64,000 bases of DNA from Octopus vulgaris (lineage: Eukaryota). Both the position numbers and the translations under genes were made by a program. Below, piece by piece: positions 37,830-47,575 of the stretch. Each line of letters opens with the position of its first letter. Position 1 is the stretch's first letter. Under the pieces are notes generated by a model that saw only the letters and a program-made list of their open reading frames with translations, searched no databases and was not told the DNA's origin. The stretch covers positions 55,676,001 to 55,740,000 of the forward strand of contig OX597819.1 in the NCBI GenBank assembly GCA_951406725.2, read 5' to 3'.

Positions 37830-39200
37830 CATGTGTCACAGTCCAAGACCATCCTGTCGGAGTGTGTAGAGAAAGAGAACAAGAGGCTGAAATAGATATT
37901 TGTGTACTGTCGGCATCAAAGAATGCTCTGGAAACAAGAACCTGGTTGGCTGAATGCATGCAGCACAACAGAGGAAGCTGGATCGTCTCGGCAAGCTAAC
38001 GAAGAAAAAGCGAGATATTTTTTGTAGAGCAGTGTTTAAAGTTCTGGCAGGCCCCATCAGTCATATTCATGAACTTCAATAAAGTTCTTTGACAGGACTC
38101 ATGAGCAAGATCGCTCAATAATGGAAGATCGCCCAAGCATGGAAGATTGCTCAAGAATGGAAGATCGCCCGAGGACGGAAGATCGCCCAAGTATGTTCTT
38201 TCGTCAATATTTTCAAGATTTTGTACAGAAGACTCCAGCAACTGTGCCAGGATAGATACTGGTTTCACTAAATATTTTTGCATCATTTCTGGTGTATATC
38301 GAGGTTATATCCTCTCACTCCTCTTCCCGCTGGCGACTGACTGTGATAAAGAAGATATCCGGTGGAAACACTGCAGTAGTATGGTGCAAGGAAACGGAAA
38401 TACATTGTGATCGGACTTTTACCGATGACATCGTACAACTAGAAGAAACAAGAACTAGGCTGCAAGAACGACAACCAAGTTCAAAGAACAAGTAGCAAAG
38501 ACAGGGCCAAGAATTCAATGTGAAAAGATCAAGATGATGTAGATTAATTTCATGATCCAACCGTTAATTTTTTTCGGATAGCAAGTTGCGAGACCCGTTG
38601 ATAATTTCTCCTTCCAGCGCAACGTACTCAGTAATGGTGAAAGCACGAAAATATGTAAAAATTAGAATTGTAAAAACAGAGGTTATGTTTCATCATATGC
38701 ACCAAATCTGAGTAATAGCAAGCACCAGTGAAATAAAGATTCGACTATACAAAGCAATAGTTCAGCCCATGGTTCTGTATAACAGTGAGACATGAAAAAT
38801 GTCAGTGAAGGTTGCCAGAAAGCTGAACGCATTCCTCAAAAAATGATTGCGAAAGCTCTTCAAAATAACTTAGTAAGATTGAATTACGAACGAGAAAATC
38901 TTTCGGCGAAGTAAATCTCAGGCATTGCAAAACATCACGGTACTGTGCCGGTCTCACCTGGCGGTTCACATTTTACACCTGCCAACCACAATGCATGCAA
39001 AGACTGAAATGGCATAGACATCAGAAAAACGAAAACAAGAAAAAAGGCCGGTCCAAGAACACCCGGCGCCAAACATTCTAGGAAGACATTGAATGCATGA
39101 AAACCTGGAGATTAGGAGTGGAAAGAGCAGAGACATATCAACCTCACAAGAGGAAGCTTGTTGCCTTCTGAGTCTCGACGTGGAATGACCTGAGTCAAAG
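37830..39200 (+). mobile_element. Heavily decayed RTE-group LINE
   Basis: SGVYRGYILS.LLF (GVRQGCILSP-like), FTDDI, KIRLYKAIVQPMVLYNSET. Confidence 0.65.
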
Positions 39201-40155
39201 TCTTTTCCTGGTAATAATATAAGAATAGTTGACAACACCAAAAGACTTCAGCCAAACTACACCCTTATATTTTATATCGTCATAGCTAGAACTTATGTCA
39301 CCCGGAACGATACTTAGAGTTTGATCCGCACTTCTCACTCCCAGAAAAAAAAAAAAAACACAACACAATACATCAAATATACCATCTCTAAAAATGCAGT
39401 GCGAGAAGCACCGTCTCCAAATTTCTCTTTAGCTCTGCTAGTAAAAACAAAATCAATACCTGTCAAATACTGGAAGACAATTTAACCGATTTTATTTCTC
39501 CCGAAATTGATGGTTTTGAGCTTGTTAGAAGTTATTACTATATACTGGGGTAAAGCAGCGAGATGGCAGAATTGTTAGCACACCGGGCAAAATACTTTGC
39601 GGTATTTCGTCCGTCTTTACGTTCTGAGTTCAAATTCAGCCGAGGCCGACTTTGCTTTTCATCCTTTCTGCGTCGATAAAACAAATACCAGTTGAGTATT
39701 GGGGTCGATATAATCGACTATGCTCCTTCCCCCAATTTCAGGTCTTGTGCCTTTCGTAGAAAGGATTATTTGCCAGGGCAAAGCAGCAAGTTGACACAGT
39801 CGTTTGTGGATCGGACACAATGCTAAATAATATTTTTTCTGACTCTTTATATTCCTGGCTCAAATCACGTCGAGGTCGACTTTGCCTTTCATCCTGTCTG
39901 GCTCGATGAAATGAATTACCTGTCTACTACTGAGGTCGATGTAATCGAATCATCCTCTCCCTTCAAACCGCTGGCTTTGTGCTAAAGCTGAAACCTTAAG
40001 GCGGCGAGTTGACAGAATCATTACTGGTTAGCGGCATTTCTTCCGGTTTTTTACATTCTGAGTTCAAATTCCACCAAGGTCGACTTTGCCTTTTATCCTA
40101 TCAGAATGGTCGATAAAATAAGTACCAGTTGAACACTGGAGTCGATGTAATCCAC

Positions 40156-42534
40156 GGATCTTTTCATTTTCAAGGCCTGATTTGTCAGATTTTTCCTACT
40201 TAACCAAACAATTTGAAACTTCGTATACTGGTAGAATGTGTCAAAAGAAAACATAATTGTAAACCAGAATGAAAACGGAATTGTAATTTCTAAGTTTAAC
40301 GTTGTTTAATAATTAGAATTTTAACCAATGGTATTCGGTCTTTCGGCTTCATATTATTTACTCCGTCTCAATAGACGTAAACGGCTATTTTGCTGACGTA
40401 GTTAACATACGTGAAATGTAAACACCCTGTTACCGTATTCCTTTCGTTTTTATTCACATTTTTAAAAAATATATAACTTATATATTAAACTTATATAAAC
40501 TTTGTAAATTTTCGTATATTTTTTGTGATTTTTATTCCTTACTTTATTCGTGTAACTTTTATTTCTGTAACTTTTTATCTTTGGCAATATTTCGTTTGTA
40601 GTAGACCTTTCCGTGATAACTGAAATTTTTTACTCGGTGTATGTGTATATGTATGTATGCATGTATAAAAATAGTTACGTTCTCCTATTCTTAATAGTAT
40701 ATTTTACTGACTATATTTTACATGCAGCGGCAATACACATAAGTCTGGAATGACAACAAGATTTCTTTTTAAGATATATACATTATTTATTTTACATATT
40801 TTACAATCATGTTTGATGTTGGAAGTTTGTAAGTGTTCGCATGTTTTTGTGTCTGCGTGTTCGTTAGGCGTAAAAAGGTACTGACCAGTGAATTGACGAT
40901 GGGATTTGATTCACAGTTAATGTTGTTGGTATCGGCTTGGCAACAGGTAATAACAGATGGCTTAAGGTAGTTCTTAGAAGAAACTAGAACCCAAGAACAG
41001 ATAATTGATTTACCGTTTATGAGGTACACTATAAGAGTCCCATATCAAGATATTGCATGTCGCAGTTGAGATTAATTGAATCACTCGTTGTGTTTATCTT
41101 TCTCTTGATATGAATATACTTCCAGACATGTTACTGTAGCCGTTTTCTTCGTGGCGAGAATTTCACCTAACCGCTATCGTTGAATCTGTAGTTGTCTCGT
41201 GTACAATTTAAATCTTCGATGTTTGTCGATTGGTTCTTGCTGCTTCTTCATTATATGTTCTGCTTGGTTATTTTTCTCTAGTTATAGATATCTTGTAACC
41301 GTTTTCTTCATGGTGATTTTTCACACTAACAGTATGAGAGGTATCTGTAACATCTTGTATTAATGGTGGTCGCCTGCCTCGAAACTGGAACTTGGTCGAG
41401 TATTCTGTGTGGTCAGAGACTTAGTTCTTAAAAGAACTAAAAGCCTAAGACGAGCTGTGTGGTCAGAGGTTCGCCCTGAGAAGGACTGGAAACCTAAGAC
41501 GAAATATTTTTCTGAGAAACCTTGTTTTATAAGCTTCATCCGGCTCCCAGTGAACTTCAGAAATGGAAAGCTGTGATTGGCTGCTTGGACTATGGCGCGA
41601 AAATAAGTCGAGACATTTTGCGCCAAGTTATAACCAGCGGTGCGAGCGTAGTAGAGACCAACGTGTCAGCCAATCGAATTAGTGTTTACATCAATGTTGA
41701 ACTAGCCAAAGCTGTTTGTAATCTCGACCGAGGTCATTCTATATACTCTTCTCAAACAGTGAAGATAGCACTGAGAGACGATATTGCTACACATGTATGA
41801 GTGTATGTATCTATGTATGTGTGTGTATGTATGGCCGATTCAGTGTTTACATTATTTCGAGTTAAAACGAAAGATTACCTTTGCTATGTAGAAAATAATG
41901 AGGTTGACTCAATGGAATAATGACAGTGATCGAAGATATAGACAAAATTTTTTTTGGTAATCTTTCGTTTTAACTCGAAATAATGTAAACACTGAATCGG
42001 CCATACATACATACATACATACACACGCACATACACACACATACATACACACACACACACACACATACATAGATACATACACAAACACACATACATGCAT
42101 ACATACATATACACATACACCGAGTAAAAAATTTCAGTTATCTCTCTCTTTCACACATTACTCTCTCTGTCTCTTCACACACACTAACAGAAGTACTTCA
42201 CTTACACAACATACTTTCTGTCTCCCACACCCCATCAAACACACACACACATGTACATCAATGCTACAGACCTACGCACAGCTGTCTACGTCACAAAATA
42301 GCTTTCTACGTCACACTAAGATAATGCAGTTAATTATTTCAAATGAAAACAAACAATACGATTGATTAAAATTCGCAGATTTAATCTATGTTTAAAGTTA
42401 TAAAATACATTTTTCTCAAATAAACAAGTTGAAACTAGTGTTTTCTTTTGAGACACTCTATCAGTATACGAAGTTTCAAATTATTTAGTTAACTAGAAAA
42501 ATCTGACAATCAGGCCTTGAAAATGAAAAGATCC
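40156..42534. mobile_element. Non-autonomous Merlin-type DNA transposon with ~100-bp TIRs and 8-bp TSD
   Basis: GGATCTTTTCATTTTCAAGGCCTG.. / ..CAGGCCTTGAAAATGAAAAGATCC; TAATCCAC at 40148-40155 and 42535-42542; splits a family-1 SINE. Confidence 0.9.
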
Positions 42535-43535
42535 TAATCCACAAACCTCCTCCCCGAAATTGCTGGCCTTGTGCCAAAATTTGAACCCAGGTAACGAGCT
42601 AGCAGAATGGTTGCCGCACCGGGCGAAATGCCCAAATAACATTTTATCGGCTTTTATGTTCTGAGTTCAAATTCCGCCGAGGTCGAAATTTATGGCTTTG
42701 TGCCAAAACTTGTCGTAGATATTTCTAAAGTTGTAAAGACGCGTGGCCTAATGGTTAGGATGTTGCACTTACGATCGTAAGATTGTGGTTTCGATTCCCG
42801 GACCGAGTGGTGCGTTGTGTTCTGGAGCAAAACATTTAATTTCTCGTTATTCCAGTCCACTTAACTGTAAATGGGTTCCAGCAATAGCTGGAAAATCAAC
42901 CCCGGTACGGAATGGCCTCCCGACTGAATTCTCATTCACTTATATGTCATGATGACCGTGTTAAACCCCGGCTTTATGAGTCCGAAAACTGACATACCTA
43001 AGTCTATATATTTCTTAAGATGCCAGAGACAAATTTCACGTGCATAAAAAGCTGTGAGGGCTCATCTGTGCTAAGAAAAATAACAAAGCGTTAATCTTAC
43101 GACTATACAACTATACAAATTATATTAAATTAAAGGGTTACTTGTTATATGAGGGTTTATATTGGGAATATATGTAAGGTGGGAAGGTGGCGAGCTGGCT
43201 GAATCGTTAGCACGTCGGGCAAAATGGTTTGCAGCATTTCGTCCGTCTTAACGTTCTGAGTTCAAATTTAGACGAGGTCGACTTTGCCTTTCATTTTTTC
43301 GGGGTCGATAAAATAAATACCAGTTGAGCACTGGGGTTGATGTAATCAACTTACTCACTCTCCCAAAATTACTGGCCTTGTGCCAAAATATGAAATCAAC
43401 ATTGGGAACATATATTTTGTTAGTGTGGATAATTTTCAAGTAATGCTATTTCATGGTATTTATACAAAACTGTTTAATAAATTATTTCTAAATCTCTCAA
43501 AGAGAGAGATATATTCAGTAACAGTGCTTTAAAGT

Positions 43536-44620
43536 AAAGACTATTTGCCAACATAATATGGCAGTCTTGGATGGGACGATTGTTACTTTTGTTTAGCCCC
43601 ACCCAGCACTGGATGGGGCTGCTAAGCTCCGCTCTTATATAAGGACACATATATTGTGTCGTATAGCCAGCTGTAAAAGATGCTTTCTGGGGCTAGACAA
43701 GAATAACAATCGTCCCATCCAAGACTTCCACATTATGTTGCGTGCATGAAGTGGATTCGATCCACCATAGCCAAATTTAAATTAACACTGCTACAGAACT
43801 TTTCCCACGGTGGAACAATGGTTTTTCTCTGACAGCATTTTCCAGATGTCTTTAGCTAGGCCGAAATAATGTCTTCACCACTTGATCCTTTCTAACCTCT
43901 TCTACTTCACCAAAAGCTAGAATAAGAGATAACAAGACCACCAACTAAATATATTGTTCTCAATGATATATCTATCCTTCTGGATCTTTATATAAGCAAG
44001 CACACCCAAGCAAAAAGGGAGTTAGTAACTTGTCGGCAACTGAACGAGGCAGTTCGTGACGACTCAATTAGTAAGGAAAGGACTGCTAGAATATAATGGT
44101 CAGAGAGAGAAAGAAGAATTCCTACCAGCAACTTCAGACAACTTCCTACACCCTATCACTCTCACTAGCTCGAATTCTGTTCTCTTGCATCATTCTGTCT
44201 GTCTCCACAATTACTACTAAACAATGAAGAGAACCAAAACCCAAACATTCTACTGCATCTAACTTTCGCATGCTTTTGGATTTATCAGCCTGCTCATCGA
44301 GGCAAGGTATTGTAACGTAACGGTAAATAAACATTTCCTTAAAACTTCATGCATTGTTCATCTTACACATTTTACAACTTGCCGTTTTAATAACAAACTC
44401 TTATCGTCACAACTGCTGACTACGACATCGTTCATCATATTGTTTACCAATCAACTTCTCCCGTTACAACTGGTGACCCTCGAACAAGAACATTGCAGCC
44501 TTCCTAAAAATCAACCGTTACATGTCGTATAGCCAGCTGGAAAAGACGTTTTCTGGGGCTAAACAAGAATAACAATCGTCCCATCCAAGACTGCCACATT
44601 ATGTTGGCAAATAGTCTTTA
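43536..44620. mobile_element. MITE with ~60-bp TIRs, duplicated right half and LTR/PBS-like insert
   Basis: AAAGACTATTTGCCAACATAAT..GGATGGGACGATTG inverted at 44555-44620; 43658-43740 directly repeated at 44523-44605; CCGTTACA-AC-TGGTGACCC at 44461-44479. Confidence 0.7.
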
Positions 44621-44761
44621 TATTAAATCAATTATTATTCTTATTTTAGTGTCCTTTGTCTGAAATTTTTCGTCACACGTCCTGTGACCTCTTCAGCGAC
44701 TCACCATCCCACGTGTCTCTTCCTGTCCTGTTTAGTCCATTCTCATTAAAATAATAATAAT

Positions 44762-44978
44762 ATTAACTGGAACGGCTCATGTACTGAGAAGAGCACTGTC
44801 GCTGTGAAAATAACATCCATCCATGAATTTATTTATTTATTAATTTTTAAATACATATTTTATCTGTGAATTTGCGCATGTAATCTGGGAATGCATACAA
44901 TGCCCTTCTCTGCCCTAGGTGTATGGAAAATACTCAGCGAGAAACGGAAGAAAATTTGAAGAAAGAAGGAAAAAACAT
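44762..44978 (+). mobile_element. Dong/R4-type 3' end inserted in (TAA)n
   Basis: LTGTAHVLRRALSL* plus 3'UTR, TAA repeats on both sides; same family on minus strand at 62225-62541 (VQKIVLTGMSNILRALSL*). Confidence 0.75.
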
Positions 44979-45384
44979 AATAATAATAATAATAAAGCTG
45001 AAGTGAAGAACGAGTATATAGTACGCGTGGTTATTTATTAAATAAATACTAATTTTTAAGATAAAAACATGTATTAAATCGAAGTATGATAAATACGAAC
45101 TTCTCGTTTGTATATTTGCAATATGTTTTACCAATTATTTCTAATATAGTCACAATGTTAATAATTTCGAAGGAAGAAAGTTAGTCAATAGCAACCACAA
45201 CAGATGAAAGTCAATATTACTTCGATGGGATTTGAACTCAGTCGTAAAGAGCTGTAATAAAGAGCGCGAAGCATTTTCTTTGACGTTCTAACAATTCTGC
45301 CAGCTTCTCAATAATACGTAACATTCTCTGACGAAGCATTTGAACTGTAGCATAGCTAAGTGGGGGAAAATAGTCAGAAATTGG

Positions 45385-45635
45385 CTCAAACGCGTGTTTT
45401 CTACAAGTGGTCACATGACCCGGACACGTGATGGTCGAGTTCTGGTTTTACGCGGGTGAAAGACGAGTATAGCGCGGGAAATTGTTTGCTTACCCGCTTT
45501 TCTTCAGTGAGGTACAAAGACATGGTAGAGTTAGGATTTCGGCAGAGAGGAGAGTTATTTGCAGGTAGCCTTGACGCGTTACACCAATAAGCAGAGCGGA
45601 TTCGAGAGACCACCAACTAAGTCACGTCACGTATT
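45385..45635 (-). promoter_or_regulatory. CpG-rich candidate promoter / first exon
   Basis: E2F-type GCGCGGGAAA (45472-45481), E-boxes GTCACATGAC and CACGTG, CCAAT, GTCACGTCAC; minus-strand ACCATG (45523) and CGG|GTAAGC donor (45494|45493). Confidence 0.45.
45494..45523 (-). CDS. Possible first coding exon MSLYLTEEKR (unidentified gene)
   Basis: Kozak-like ACCATG, 10 codons, canonical donor GTAAGC; protein not recognised. Confidence 0.3.
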
Positions 45636-46401
45636 TCTGTTCCCATTGTACCCAGCAAACGCCACCAAGTTCCAACTGTATATTTTCTTCATTCAAGATG
45701 TCTCAACATTTGCTGTACCGATTCGCAGATAACTGCAACTTGTTTTCTTGTATTTCTTTCCACTGTTATACCCGACTCATTGGAACCAAGAATTGTAACT
45801 ATAGCAGGGCCAAAGCTATACTAATCAACCCGCTAAACTTTTATAGGGACAACAGTTTGGGGCCTGCTCTATAAACTAGTTTTAGTCGATCCCAGGACTT
45901 AAGGTTTTTTTATTCAATCGATCTCTTGCCGAATCGCTACATACTACGAGCTCCTTTCACTTTCCGTCTACTAAATCCACACACAAGACTTCAGGACTTT
46001 AGTAGAAGACATTTCTCCAAGGTGCCACTCAATGAGACTGAACCCGGAACCTTGTGGTTGGGAAGCAAACTTCTTACCAAACAGCTATGCCTGCACCTAA
46101 TTAAATTTCTTCCAAACTCTTGTATTATTAGAAATTTTCACCAGATTAATTTTAAATTTCCTACATCTTTATTATTAATGTTTTCATTTAAAGAAATGAA
46201 TGCAATTTTCATCATTATCATCATTTATGTAGATCCGCTAGGTTCTGAGTTCAAATTCAAGGTCGATTTTTCCTTTCATCCTTTCGAGGTCGATAAATTA
46301 AGCACCAGTGAAATTCTGGGGTCGATTAGTCTCCTTCCCCACAAACTTCAGGCCTTGTGCCTATAATAGAAAGGATCACTAGATCACTTATGTAGATGTG
46401 C

Positions 46402-46446
<45 letters not shown>

Positions 46447-47508
46447 GAGGTCATAGTGGTGATAGCGGCGGATTGTTACGGCTGAGATCTTACTCGATCA
46501 GGCAGCAGTAGAAAGAACCATTCCTAGCACAACCGGCATATTATCCTTGTCGTCACTAATATTATCAATACAACCTGCGGTGTTAGTCTAACTGGACCAA
46601 CCAACTTTCTCTTGATAGTGGAAGGTTAGGAAGAGTTGAGAGGACCAAAATATTGTATTAAGCCATCCAAAACCCTCTAACTCTTTCGATACACATAAGT
46701 ATGCGCATACACACAGAAAAATTGAATTGAAGTGATGTTGATGATGATGACGGCGAGGAGGAGGAGGAAAAAGAGAGGATGATGATGATCGCGACGTCGA
46801 TGATAATTAAAGGTGTGATTGTCGTCGTCGTCATCGACATCGTTGTCACTGTCGTCCGATCATGATCAATCAATAATATTTAATGGCATATCAGTTACAG
46901 CTTATGCTTAACTAAAGATAAGCAAAAATTGAAATCTCAATCATAATGAGGGATCAAAAAGCTGCTTTCAAAGTCTGCCAGTTTCATTGCTTGTTGAAAC
47001 TTATCTTCGCTTAAGATTCCCCTGGCTGAAACAAACACGCGCACACAGCCAACCACCCACCCGCTCACACGCACGCGTGGGCACACATACACGCAAGCAT
47101 AAAGAAAACGGGAGCGAGGGGGACGAAGAGAAGAGAATAAAGTCTTTATTTTGATACTAAGTGTATTTGTGTCAGGGAGAGAACGATTAATTAGTCACCT
47201 CCCTGAGACAAATGTTAGCCAATAATGGTCTGTAATTTAAAACTTCTATCAGAATTAACAACAGGGCATCAGGATAAAGATTTTCCATCAATCAGAATTT
47301 CCAAATGAACGAGTGTTCTCGATTTCTCAAGAGCTGAGTCTGTAGAATTCAGGCAAGATAGCTAACAACCGCTGATATTGTCAACAGTTAAACACCGTGA
47401 CAGAACGTTGACGACTGTTTAGCAAGGAGAGGAAAGAGAGAAAGAAAGATAAAGGAAAAAAAAAAAGCATATGCTTTCCTTAAGAAATCTAGATTTACGT
47501 TAATTACC

Positions 47509-47575
47509 ATGAATAACTCACATGAATTTACGAGCTGGGAACATACCTTCACAGGTATCTTATATGCTGTTTTTG
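47509..47575 (+). CDS. First coding exon of a retinochrome-family (RGR/peropsin group) opsin
   Basis: ACCATG..MNNSHEFTSWEHTFTGILYAVF-G|GTAAGT (phase 1); resembles the recalled squid retinochrome N-terminus HQFTMWEHYFTGSIYLVLG. Confidence 0.85.

Noticed and set aside
47200-47209. TCCCTGAGAC, the miR-125/lin-4 5' sequence
   Set aside because: The match stops after 10 nt (no CCTAACTTGTGA) and lies at the wrong position in the hairpin.
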